64,000 nt of DNA, taken from NCBI RefSeq assembly GCF_006345805.1, contig NC_043001.1, positions 71,238,001 through 71,302,000 of the forward strand, written 5' to 3'. Below are positions 26,429 to 38,787 of this stretch, one piece after another; position 1 is the stretch's first letter; every line of letters begins with the position of its first letter. The notes under the pieces are model-generated. The model searched no databases. It was not told the DNA's origin and worked only from the letters and a program-made list of their open reading frames with translations. Source of the DNA: Octopus sinensis (Eukaryota). The translations under genes and the position numbers were made by a program.

Positions 26429-26996
26429 TTGCTTGGAGAGGAGGGTGTTTATTGGACACCCTGCGAGATGAAAAACAAAACCCGTCAAAGAGCAGAGGAA
26501 CTCTTGAGAGTCAACGCCCATCCAATAAATGTGTATTTTTTTAAGGCTTAAGACTGTATCATGCGCGGAGACATAAAAATAATCGGACTGAATACCCGAT
26601 CACGCGGTTAAACCATTGGGAGTGAAGGGCACCTAGCCTTTGTTAGGGCATCCTTCTAGGAGAAGGTAACTCAGGTAACTGGGATAACTCCGACATAAAA
26701 CCTGCGGCTCAGTGGTTTCCGATGATGTTAACTCGTTCTTCTTTTCGGATTATGGCTGCTGTTGCTTAGTGAGTGGGATCGACTCAGTGCACAGCCTTTC
26801 CTCACTTTAAAAAAATCTTCTTGCACAGGCATTGCACGATAGCAACATTGTTCATTATTGTTGATAGTGCTGTCAGTCTTAACTGAATAGCTGACTGTAG
26901 CCTTAAAAAGCAAATAAAAGTCACATTCGATTTCAGCACCAATAACAGTTAAGCTTCGTGCAATGGCCATACTCGATAACGAGAGGGCAGCCATCA
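26428..26996. mobile_element. Unclassified interspersed repeat, copy 2
   Basis: Direct homolog of 19981-20435, with an extra ~85-bp segment near 26850-26950. Confidence 0.75.
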
Positions 26997-27187
26997 TATA
27001 TATACGCGTGTACATATGTATGAGTGAAGAAATGAAAGTATCGTTCAACTCATTGGTAGGAGTTGCATATATTTTCACCAAAGGTTTAATTCAGCGCGAC
27101 ACCACGTAGTTTCATGGACATGTGGGCCACGTACTTTTCACCCGTTGTAACAAGCGGAGTGGAAGATTTTAGGAAAAACTTAAGATA

Positions 27188-27368
27188 GACGTAGGAGTGG
27201 CTGTGTGGTAAGTACCTAGCTTACCAACCACCTGGTTCTGGATTCAGTCTCACTGCCTGGCACTTTGGGCAAGTGTCTTCTACTATAGCCTCGGGCCGAC
27301 CAAAGCCTTGTGAGTGGATTTGGTAGACGTCAACTGAAAGCCCGTCGTATATATGTATATATATATAC

Positions 27369-27415
<47 letters not shown>

Positions 27416-27612
27416 TATGTCTGGGACTGACCCCCAACATCGCTTGACAACCGATCTGGTGTGTTTACGTCCCGGTAACTTAGAGGTTCGGCGAAAGAGT
27501 CCGATAGAATAAGTACTAGGCTTACAAAGAATAAGTCCTAGGGTCGATTCGCTTGACTAAAGGCGGTGCTCCAGCATGGCAGCAGTCAAATGACTGAAAC
27601 AAGTAAAAGAGT
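27188..27612 (+). mobile_element. tRNA-derived SINE family A, full length
   Basis: gacgtaggagtggctgtgtggtaag (A box)...ggattcagtctc (B-box-like)...ttgggcaagtgtcttctactatagcc...internal (TG)n...gactgaaacaagtaaaagag. Confidence 0.9.
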
Positions 27613-28683
27613 TAACGAGTAAGGAGTAAAGAGTAAGGCTTATAAGTGCTTAAAGAACGAATCGTCAGCTTAAGTCACGTAGCATTAATGTGATGGGATT
27701 AATACCAGCTATTTTCAGACAGGATATTGGGAAGGTATCTGTGCTATTTTTGCTCCAAACAGCGGTATATTTTCCTTGAATGGAGTATCTTAGATGATGG
27801 AGTGGAATCCTAGCGTGAATCAGCAGCTCAGTCACCGATCAGTGAAATACTAACACATTGACATCTGCAGTTGTGTGTGAGAGTGCGTACGTTATCTAGA
27901 AGAATGTACTGATGACGTAGGTTTGTTGGTGCATTCAATTATGTGCGTTTACAAGTTCTGAAGAAATTAAATGGAAATGTTCTGAAGTGTATACTGTCCA
28001 AATATTACTAAAGATTCCCCAGGTTAGCAGTTTATTACCTTTGTGGAACGAGTATTATTATTTCCTGATCCTGTATCCAAGTTTCCGATTGCAAATCAAA
28101 GCGCTACTACTGATATGATATCATCGCCATCACAACGAATGATATATAAATATTATGATCGTATCTCAGGAGAGAAAAGGAATATGTGATATCGAATTCA
28201 AGGATATTTAATCAATATATACCATTGTTATTAAGGGAGCAACTTGCTGTAAATTAAAAACAATAACTATTGTACTACAAAAGGTAATAAAAATATGAAT
28301 ATAACATATATTAAACCCCAAGGACGCACTCATTTACAACTAACACTTCTTTTCATAAATAGATTACTACGGTGAATTTAGTAGTTTGATGTGAATCTCA
28401 ACATAATTGTTATTATATTTATAGGATGATATAACGAAGCCTAGCAAGTCATGCCTTCCATACTAAATGGACATGCAACATGTAACACAAATAGAGAATA
28501 TAATGTGAGTGGTATTTAGTATCAATTCGAATCGGATTCAATTATTAATGCAAATAATTCCATAGATTTGTATTCTGCTTGTCACATCGGATTATTTGAT
28601 CAAGTTTTTCATCGTTTTATATACTCTATATACTACATATTGCAAATAGGAATAAGGTATTGTTATCGACACACAGCTACTAG

Positions 28684-28739
<56 letters not shown>

Positions 28740-28865
28740 TATTTAAATACACACAAACATTCATTCAGATACGCACACTGTCAGTCATAATGACATAATG
28801 CTTATATTGAATGTGACATTCGATATAAGCATTATATATTTCTTTCGTCTTTCCACTCATTCATA

Positions 28866-28916
<51 letters not shown>

Positions 28917-28917
<1 letters not shown>

Positions 28918-30300
28918 ACTTGATAACCTCGACCGAGCAGAATGTTGGGCGTCGTATCGACACTGCTGGCCACAGCACGCCTTCCATTTCTCTCTGGATT
29001 GTGCCTTTCTCATTCACGTAACTCCAAATGCTTGTCGCATTTCGTCAACCCACCATTTTAGAGGCCTTCCGAATGTTCCCTTTCGCTCGCGCAGATACCA
29101 CTCGACAACTGCATGAGTTCGCCGATTGTCGCTGAACCGAGCGATATGTCCAGCCCATTTGAACCTTTGCTTTCTGTAATCGGTGATTATGTCTCTCATG
29201 CCAATTTTCTCTTTCATCGCTTCGCTCCGGGTGTGCTCTTTCAGCGACACGCCAGGCATCGATCTTTCCTTAGCACTTTGAGCAGTTACCAGCCTCTGGT
29301 CCTCAGTCTTCGTCGTGACTCAGGTTTCGCTTCTGTACAAAATTACAAGTAAAACCGTGCCGTTGAAGAGCTTTCCTTTAAGAAGATATTTGATGGAGTT
29401 GCACTTTCCATCCTGCCCTTATTCTCTTCGAAAACTCCTTCTCCATGTCTCGTAGCATCTTCGCCTCTGGTCAAAGGTAGACCAATTCTTCCCCCTCCTC
29501 TACTTCATCACTCCTACCACTATTCAGCTGAATATTCGGACCGCATGAACTTGGTTTTCATGCGGTTCATTTTGAGGCTTACTTCCGTACTTCTGATGTC
29601 CAGCTCCGTCAGTATGGTCAGCACCTGATTTGTGGTCTCTGTAATGAGAACGATGTCGTCAGCAATATGGAAGTGGTTAGATTGCTCGCCGTTGATGTTT
29701 ACGCCACCTCGCCAGTCAATGCCTGTGATGACCTGCTCGTGACTTTTAGTGAAGAGTTTCGGAAAGATAATGTCTCCTTGTTTGATGCTTTTATGGGTGA
29801 CCACCACAAAGATATGTCGGTGGTACATCCACAATTCACCTCTTGAAGAAGTTGATTGTATTGCACCTCGACTCCTTGTTCTCCAACAACTTCAACACAG
29901 CGTTGATCTCAACTCTGTCGAAGGTCTTTTCATAATCCACGAACGCAACGCAAAGAGGTGGTCTGTATTCTTTTGTTCGCTCCAGCAACTGGATCAGAGT
30001 GAATTTATGATCCACGATACTGTAATTCTATATGATCCATCATGTTGCAATTATTCCGCAAGCTTGTTTGTTCCCTTGTCTGATGTTCATCTAGATGTTA
30101 TGATAATCGATTTAGTATTATCTTCGAGAACAACTTGTGTACAAGAGACGAGAGGTATATGGACGATAGCCCATCGCTAACTCCTTTCTTGGACAGCAGG
30201 ACGGCTTTCGGCTCTTTCCATCACATTGTTATTTTTCCTTTGTCCAGATGGTAACTAAATCTTTCGGCGAGGACCTTCTAGACCTACACTCCCCCTGACT
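28917..30300 (-). mobile_element. Degenerate RTE-clade LINE (RT to 3' end)
   Basis: Minus ORFs give SIKQGDIIFPKLF and HFHIADDIVLI (RT catalytic motif), MNRMKTKFM, FKWAGHIAR and HAVVEWYLRERK. Confidence 0.9.
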
Positions 30301-31306
30301 CTCGGAGAAGACTAAGAAACTGCTGGAGAAGTGGAAGAACATGGAATGGACCGCAGAAAGCAACCTCGAGTATTCCATTCTCAGCAGGGTGTTGCGTCAA
30401 CATTTGAAGAAAACCTTTGAAAAAATATATCATATTATCTGAGTAATAATAACATTATAGTGTGGTGTCCAAAGCTCCTCTTCAGGCATCGGCAACTAGA
30501 TGATGTTATACAGTAGGACGTCCGCGTGTGGAAATCTGTAATTATCTGTTGAATATGTACAAAAGACTTTTAATATGCGATGGACTAAACAGGGTATATT
30601 ATAAATCACTATAATTGTTTCAGCGCAACATTATCAGCTGGTAATTGTCGAATGTTACGTGTATTATACACATTATTGTATTATATGATTCAACAAAAGT
30701 TGTATACGTACGCATCTTCGAATGAGTCGGTTCGAAATCACTGCTAGATCATCTTTGTTTTATATCTACACCATGATATTAAATTTAGCATTCCATTGGC
30801 AAAGAAGAGGTGAGAAATGCAAAGAAGAAAGAAACCAATGATAAAAATATCAAAAGTAAATTAATGGAAAGAAAACATATTTAAAAAATGAAATGAAAAA
30901 AAAAACAAAGTCTCCCCTTAAGCAAAGTAACACGTGCTGAAGATATTGATTCTATTATTATCTAGTGTGACAATTTTAAAATGATTGTAGCTATTATCAG
31001 TGAATTTTGGCGATTTAAATAATAGTTTTGAATGTTATTTTCTGCAGGTAGACATATCGCACGGTTTCAGGCTTAGTTCCCACCATCGGCAGAGAATAAC
31101 TCTGGCTGAGATGGCACTGCTAAACACTCGTTCGAAAACATATATATCTTTCTAAGTGACATACACACACACTGATAGAATAAATCGAAACATTATTGTT
31201 CCGAAATCTCACAACGAGTGATATACAGTAGCAGTACTTTAAAGTAATGAGTATTTGTCAGGCAGTCCCGATTGGGACGAATGCTACTGTTGTTTAGTAT
31301 ATATAT

Positions 31307-31395
<89 letters not shown>

Positions 31396-31658
31396 AGTGC
31401 TCAAAGGTTCATGGCTTTGGCTAAAAGAAAATACAAAACTGCCAGTTAATTATGATTTTATTCAACATATACCCCTCTCTGATTCACACGCATATTGCAG
31501 CGGCCCTTCAGTCTCTATAGACCCTGTGGAAGAACTCGGAATGTTGGGCCTCACTAACCAGGCCTTTCACAATACCTTTAAGGAAGGAACTTTTCGGTAT
31601 CTACTCGTATATGTGTGTGCGTGCATGTGTGTGTGTGTGTACATAAACATATGTATGT

Positions 31659-31728
<70 letters not shown>

Positions 31729-31783
31729 GTATACATATATACGTATGGCATATATATTATATATATATATATATATATACATA

Positions 31784-32040
31784 AATAAATGAAAGAATGG
31801 AGTCGAACGAAGATTTTAACAAAATTCATTTACTCTCAACACATGTTTCGAAGACTGCATACTCTTATTTCCGAAGGAATACAGGGTGCATTATGCCGTC
31901 TTCTCATCAGGAAAGGCAAGGAAGACGGCATAATGCACCCTTTATTCCTTCGGAATTAAGAGTATGCAGTCTTCGAAACATGTGTTGAGAGTAAATGAAT
32001 TTTGTTAAAATCTTCGTTCGACTCCATTCTTTCATTTATT
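31784..32040. repeat. Near-perfect inverted repeat (120-bp arms, 17-nt spacer) of PLE-terminus-like sequence
   Basis: 31784-31903 versus the reverse complement of 31921-32040; two mismatches seen. Confidence 0.95.
31833..31915 (-). ncRNA. Type I hammerhead ribozyme with canonical core
   Basis: CTTTC-CTGATGA-GAAGAC...GTCTTC-GAAA-CATGTGTT-GAGAG: 5-bp stem I (one G.U), 6-bp stem II extended by GCATA/TATGC, GUU triplet. Confidence 0.85.
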
Positions 32041-33360
32041 CATATAAAAAAAACACACAAATTACCACACAAGAACACAGGGTTTCTGCCCTTGGCATGT
32101 AGCTTCAACCGTGTTTTCTGACGTGAATTTGCTACCCAGGTATCGATTAACCGAATTATCAATACTAGGATAATTCATTCACCTACTTAAATATATATAT
32201 ACATATATAAGCCTTACATTTGACTCACTTAATTTCAATTAATATGTCAAGCCAATGTATGTGCATTGTGTATTTTGACATAGTTAAAGACTTTAAGATA
32301 CAGAGGCTTTAAGTAATATTCGTTGATCAAATAGGTTTCATGCGTTACTGACGTTATTATATGTTGACTCTCTCTATGACGACCAAATTTGTCGTGAAAT
32401 ATTCTATATTTTGTATAGACATCATTTTGAGAACTTCCTGTTTAAATGTTCATTGCATTAATCCCGGATAGGGATATATATATCAATATTGTAGTTGTCT
32501 AATACAATGTCCAGAAAAGCTGCAGGTCCTTTCCGAAACTTCTGAACAAATCTCACATTGTTTAGACTAGTTTCGTAAAATAAGATATATATATATATGT
32601 TTAGAAAATGCATGAATAAAAATCGATAATACATTATCCCCACCACTACAATACTGCAAAAGCTGTAGCGGGATCTCGTTTCTGTATGTGCTTTTAAATG
32701 TCTAGAAATATTTCTCTGGCGGCTAGATCCATCAATCATACTGATATAGCAGTCTTTTATTGAGTAAATACTATTAGTAATTATACTCCAATGTAACTCA
32801 CACAATATACGCAAATAAAAAAGGCAGAATTTTGTTTTATCTTCGGCGATACAATGTCATATTGCGTCTAGTGACATGGGCATGTCCCTGTCGCCCACTA
32901 AATTCCATGTGAAGTCCAGTCGAATCAAACTGTTGTTGAATATAGTTATAACTCTTACCTATTTCACAATATGTGTATTAAAGAAGCAATGAATTCTCTG
33001 AATAAATTGATTTTCTTACATCCGTGTCCAAAACTTACACAAGTGTAACACTAAATACATACATTCTACGTAAATCGGGTATCAGGTAACAAAAAACGGT
33101 GAATCTAAAAATTCAAAACCTCTAAAAACAGATGAATTGTTTACAACTTCAGGACTTCATGCATTCACGTGCATCTACCACTGACCATATCATATCCATA
33201 GAATCTATAGAGAAGCTTGAAACTGAAAGAAATAAAAAAATTTATAACAATAAAATGAAACACGACATCAGCATCTCATAGAGAGAAATCCCGGACAAAG
33301 TTGGGAGAACCCGGCAATTGCATGTTTTCCGCCCAGCTGTGCTCTTAGAATTTATCCCTG

Positions 33361-33397
<37 letters not shown>

Positions 33398-33434
33398 GTG
33401 TGTGTGTGTGTGTGTGTGTGTTGTGTGTGTGTGA

Positions 33435-33465
<31 letters not shown>

Positions 33466-33474
33466 AGTGTGTGT

Positions 33475-33518
<44 letters not shown>

Positions 33519-33545
33519 TGTGCGTGTGTGTGTGTGCGCGTGTGT
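33361..33545. repeat. Imperfect (TG)n microsatellite within an unclassified (Helitron/Helentron-like) repeat
   Basis: Direct inspection; classification of the flanks is tentative. Confidence 0.8.
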
Positions 33546-34329
33546 CAAATTGGATGTTTGTATGTTTCTTTTATGTACTCGAGAATCAAGAAACCTATTA
33601 TGCTCAAACTTAATATGCAAGTTTCTGAACCACAGGATTATATTATGCACAAACTTGGAACTTGCCCATGGACAATGTGAGGAACACAGTTCTGACCCCA
33701 TGAGTAAAATCGGAAATTTACGGAAAACCCTGATTAAGGATTGGGTGAAAAAGGAAATGTGTTCCTGTCCATTGCCCATGGGACGCCACATTCTTGACTG
33801 CATGAATAAAATTGAAAATATTACGGAAAAAAACTTAATTCCTCTATAGGTTTAATGATTATGTGAAAAAGGGTATATGGCCAAGTTTTGTAGAATGTAA
33901 AGATGGGATAAATATGGTTCAATGACTTATATTTTGTAAAAAAATTGACAAAATTGTACTCCTCCATTTTGTGGTTGCGTTGGAAATGATTACTTACTTC
34001 ATTCCATATGTATGAAATATTTTAAGTTTCAATGAAATATCTAAATATATATGATGTAATATCTTAAAATGATGGTGCAATAATAAAGTCTGAAATTGCC
34101 TAAAGGTGTATCATTCAATATCATATAATGCAGGTGCAATAATAAATCAAGTCTGAACTTTCTTGGAGATATTTTGAAAAAGCATAAACGTCAGAACATG
34201 TTGAATATTATTATCAGTATGATTTCAAACTTCAACGGTGTGACATCCTTGATAAATTATAGTGATATTAGAAACCTCCCCCCCCCAAAAAAAATGAGCC
34301 ACCTTCATTTGGAAGAAAGAATCCTAAAC

Positions 34330-34900
34330 TTATTTACCTAAGTTTGAACATCATTCCCTTCGAAATAGTAAACTTTGCATAGGAATACACCGATCCAAGC
34401 ATTCCTGCCATTTTTAGGAATCTGGCCATGAAGTCGTTTTCGTAAGCCAGTCGAGGATATTCTGAGATTCGCTCTGGATCTCGACAACGGTGTTAAAACG
34501 GTGGGCTTTGAGCTGCAGTTTCGCCACAAGGAAGAGACGGAAGTCCGCAAGTATTAAATCTGGAGAATAGAGCGTGTGAGGGAGTGGTACCATGTCGTTT
34601 TTGGCGGAAACTCGCAAGTAAGGAAAGCTCGGTGAACAATCCAGTTTTCTGCGCGCCACAGATGCGGTCGCCTTCACTGAATGTTCTCCCTGTAACTCTT
34701 GATTGACGGTCTGGCCCTTGGGATCGAATTTTCCAAGCACAGTACCACATTTCTAGGGGTGAAACTCGTGACAGATCTTCAAAATCGTTCGTAGTCTTCC
34801 AGGGAAGTTCTTCCACCTTTGAAGCGCCCGTGCCAATCGAAATCTTTCGTACGGCCCATTGCCTTGTCATCATAAGCTTGCCGAAGTATGTTCAATGACT
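34330..34900 (-). mobile_element. Degenerate mariner transposase
   Basis: ORF 34414-34740 has PLPHTLYSPDLILADFRLF (YSPDL motif) and RFNTVVEIQ. Confidence 0.85.
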
Positions 34901-35354
34901 TTGAAACAGATTTCGCAAATTTAACGCAAAATTGCACGTTGGCATATCTTCGATATTTTCATCAGTACTGCTGGTTTCAGGTCGGGTCTGCGTTATTATT
35001 GACATTTTGTCAGCCATGGGGGAATTCATGTCATCGTATATTCATGTTCGGATCATACACACCTCTCCATATACTACTTTCTACAACTCAGAATTTAATC
35101 AGGATCTCTACTCAATTTTCTCTGCCACGGTTACTAATGTAAGTTCTATGGAAAGGTGAGATGACAACACTCTACACACTTAACTTCGAAGCACTACTAT
35201 AAGAAAGGGAAGTGAGCAAAATCGCTATAGCTTAGTTCGCAAACGTATTCAGGTTCAATCTGAGCCAAGCGACTTTACGCTGCGAACTCTAGTTCCGTTA
35301 TCATATCAACAGTCCCGATACGTTTTGATCTCACCTAGTATGTGGTTTAATGAA

Positions 35355-36511
35355 AGTCTTGTGGGCAACATCACCAAGAATTCGGGAATAGCTAAAGTTC
35401 TCAAATGTCAACTCATGATATGGAATGAATGTACAATGACCTAAAAGAGCCTTTGAAGTTGTTGACAGATAATTGCAAGATATTCGAAGAAATGATTCTT
35501 CAAACGGAGGTATGGCAGTTGCTCTATCTGGTGATTTTAGTCGAACCCTTCCAGTTATTTCAAAGGGAAAGAAAGCAGATGAAAGTCATGCCTGCTTTAA
35601 ATCATAACAATTCTACTTCATAAAAGTACTGAAGCTTGAAACAAATATGCGAGTATATCTTCATGGTGATAGATTATCTGGACAGTTTGCTCAAGAGTTA
35701 TTAATACTAGGAGAAGGAAGAGTGCTTGTGGAAGATGCAATAAATTCGTCATCTATTTGCACAATGGAAAAATCAGAAACAGAATTCATTAATTCTAGCC
35801 TCGAATAATGTAACAGTGAAAGCAATAAACCTTGATCTAATGTGCCTTCCTGGAACCTGCCAATAATACACCCATATTGGCACTGTTGTTGATCCGATAA
35901 GAAATAGCAATTTATCGAGTCGAGTTTTCAAATTGACTAGAACAAGAAGGTTTACCTCCTCATAAGCTTGACTTGAAATTTGAAACTCTTATAATGCTTC
36001 TAAGAAATTGAGAAACTCCAAAATATTGTAACTAAACAAGACTTATAGTGATGAAAATTATGCTTTCTGTTATACAAGCTACTACACTCAGGATGTAGAA
36101 CACATTATAATTTATTCATTTCAATAATTCAGGAGATGCCGATTGATTTACCATCAATAGAGTTTAAAAGGGCATGGATTTCAATTAGACAGGCATTATC
36201 AATAAGTGGTTTGCAACTAGAGGAACCTATTTCTATGTTGGATGCGCACGTACTGGAAGTTCTAAATTTTTTCATTTATACCACATTGGGAAAAGCTCAT
36301 GATGTTTCATATAATAAAGAAATCTTACCACAATTTGGTTTGTCTGTATTTTCTGATTTAAGATTATTATTACTGATGATCACGCAGAATCTGTTATAAC
36401 CGTAATGTTAAAATTACTAATCACAATCAGTATTAAAAAACTATATCAAGTTAAAAATGAAATTTCATTCCTTTCTTTTCCTAACACAGTAACACCGAGT
36501 ACTTCTGGTAG
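35355..36511 (+). mobile_element. Helitron 3' fragment (PIF1-like helicase) with decayed 3' terminus
   Basis: Broken frames give LMIWNECTM..RAFEVVDR.LQDIR, GGMAVALSGDF.RTLPVI, LETNMRV and YVGCARTG..YNKEIL. It ends ccgagtacttctggtag|t (degenerate CTAG). Confidence 0.85.
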
Positions 36512-36545
36512 TGTGTGTATATGTATGTATGCATCTATCTCTGTA

Positions 36546-36624
<79 letters not shown>

Positions 36625-36673
36625 AAACAAGTCAAAAATAGAAAATGCTAAAATAATTTTATAGTGAACATTT

Positions 36674-36711
36674 CAGTACCGGTTTCGGTCATTTTGAGAC
36701 CTTTTCAACTG
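36674..36711 (-). ncRNA. Minimal type I hammerhead ribozyme, U3-A8 variant
   Basis: CAG-TTGAAAA-GGTC tcaaaat GACC-GAAA-CCGG-TA-CTG: stem I CAG/CTG, stem II GGTC/GACC, palindromic ACCGGT stem III, GUA triplet. Confidence 0.75.
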
Positions 36712-37069
36712 TAACGATTAAATAATTAAATTTAGAAAAATTAGAAGAAAAGTTTTTTTAAAGGAATATTTCTATAGTAGTGTTCAGATATAAGTGGCAT
36801 TCTGCCTTTCTCTGACTCCCTTGTTTGCACTTGTGTGTTCGAGGTCGTTGTGAGTTCTTGGTAGGGTAGTAGAGGAAGAGGGCTGGTGAGGAAAGGGGGG
36901 TGGGAGAATCTGGGAGTGCCCTGATGGTCGTATTTTGAATGGTCAGTGGCGGCTGGCAGTCTCAGTTCAATTCAGGAGAATATTTATATTGACAGGCTTG
37001 TTTATAGAATTAGCGTAGGTGTTATACTAAAAAACATTAGTGACAAAGTTAAGGGGTAGGGGGTGGAGA

Positions 37070-37297
37070 AGTAGAAGAAGAAGAAGAAGAAGAAGAAGAA
37101 GAAGGAGAAGGAGAAGGAGAAGGAGAAGATGACGATGATGGTGATGGTGGTGATGATTATGACGACGATGATGATGATAATGATGATGATGAAGAGAAGA
37201 AGAAGAAGAAGAAGAAGAAGAAGGAGGAGAAGGAGAAGATGGTGGTGATGATGGTGGTGATGATGATGACGACGATGATGATGATAATGATGATGAT

Positions 37298-37330
<33 letters not shown>

Positions 37331-37335
37331 AAAAA
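37070..37335. repeat. Compound (GAA)/(GAG)/(GAT) trinucleotide array with higher-order duplication
   Basis: Two similar GAA-GGAGAA-GAT/GGT blocks in tandem inside the PLE 3' UTR. Confidence 0.9.
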
Positions 37336-37525
37336 CAGAGAAGGGAGAATGTGAATGGGTGTAAATATAGCTATGAAGGGGCTGATTAGTAATGGATTCT
37401 ATGGAGTGTAATATTTGTGTGTGTATATATATTTTTCTTTTATTCTAAAGTTGAGGTATATTAATTGTTTGTCGTAGACCCGTTAAGAAGTGGCTTGTAT
37501 TTTGTAATAAAGAGATTTTCTTTAC

Positions 37526-38287
37526 TTATTCGTTGTCTCGAGTTGTATCGTCCCTAAATTGGTAGAGGGGGAAAATTCTGAAGTTTGGTGTTTTTTTGTT
37601 GGCGCAAGTATCTATGTGTTGGCTAAAAGCTATTTTTCTGTTTTGGGGAATTTTTATCTGGGATCTGTGCAGGGCCATTCGTTTACGCAAACCATTTTTT
37701 GTTTGGCCTATGTACTGCTCTTGACACCCGGAGCAGGTTAGTGAGTATATTAGGTTCTCCGAAGCATATGTGAAGTTGCTTTTCACTGTAAACCGTTGTC
37801 CCTGTTTGAAGGAGAACTCTGATCCCTCAATAAGATAGTCGCATATCCCGCAATTGGGTCTTCCACATTTTTTTACTGTCGGCTTCTGTGTTGAAGAGTG
37901 AATTCGGGCATGTGTAAGGAGACTTTTCATGGATCTAGGCTGTCTTTTGCTTTTTATGATCGTGTGTGTTTGGAGGATTGTGTTCATTCTGTGGTCTTTT
38001 TTTAGGAGGGGTATGTTGTGGAGGATGGTGTCGAAGGCTTCGTTATTGAGAGGGTTGTGTGTGGAGATGTATGGTAAGGCTTTTGGTTGTAAGTTTTTCT
38101 TGGATTTGGGATGTCTCAGTTCCTTGATGTTAAGTTGAAGGGCACGTTGAATGCACTTGTCAATAAGTGAAGGTGGATAGTTCCTGGTGATTAGGGTATC
38201 TTTTAGTTCTTGTAGTCGTGTGTCTCTGGTGTTTGCGTTAGAGACTATAGTGCATATCCTTTTTGCTAGATTGAAGGGGATATTCAT
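37526..38287 (-). pseudogene. PLE thumb-linker-GIY-YIG ORF fragment
   Basis: 253-aa open frame; the natural end (ENLFITKYKPLLN) lies in a shifted frame just downstream. Confidence 0.85.
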
Positions 38288-38309
38288 CCTGGTGTGTCTG
38301 GTGTGTCTC

Positions 38310-38600
38310 GCTCAACTGCGGCCCTCACATAATAATCAAGGGGTGTGCCAACTGGAGAGTTAGGTGGTCAGATGCTAGGGGTAGTGTAATCGCAGAAATT
38401 GTCTGACAGCCATGATTGTGTTGCTTGTATGGCATGGTGCCGAGTCCTGTTGTTAGACATATGGTCTTCCAGCAGCCATTCTCTTGACCCAGTGCAGTAC
38501 TACCTCCCCCAAGCACTTGATGTAGGCCTACGTATTGATTCCGAGGCCTTGTGGGAAGATGGATGGAGGCATAACATCGCAATCACTAGTGATAACTCCA
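38310..38600 (-). mobile_element. Tc1/mariner-superfamily transposase fragment
   Basis: Minus frame GVITSDCDVMPPSIFPQGL..AYIKCL.EVVLHWVKRMAAGRPYV*QQDSAPCHTS (second catalytic D motif). Confidence 0.8.
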
Positions 38601-38717
38601 AATACTATGATGTTTTGATAAATATATCTTTTAGAATAAAATGTCAGTGTTATTTTCGTTTTTTAATAATTTAGACGACAGTATATTTACCATATGTCTA
38701 TATGGCAAATATATGTA

Positions 38718-38787
<70 letters not shown>

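Larger units (their letters stand above)
36620..38303 (-). mobile_element. 5'-truncated Neptune-type Penelope-like element
   Basis: ORF 37526-38287 has a Cys-rich linker (KCGRPNCGICDY) and a GIY-YIG domain (NLIYSLTCSGCQEQYIGQT..RKRMALHRSQI). A pyrimidine-rich 3' UTR and a hammerhead follow. Confidence 0.9.

Noticed and set aside
27905-27990. CTGATGA / CTGAAGA strings
   Set aside because: No pairable stem II or GAAA-stem III-NUH arrangement.
32458-32814. RHLKAHTETR resembling a C2H2 zinc-finger end
   Set aside because: There is no upstream CxxC at the right spacing. The same ORF has VRFVQK..AAFLDIVL, which fits a decayed PLE RT better.
34905-34970. CTGATGA...GAAA on minus
   Set aside because: Stems I and III do not pair, and it lies beside a mariner remnant.
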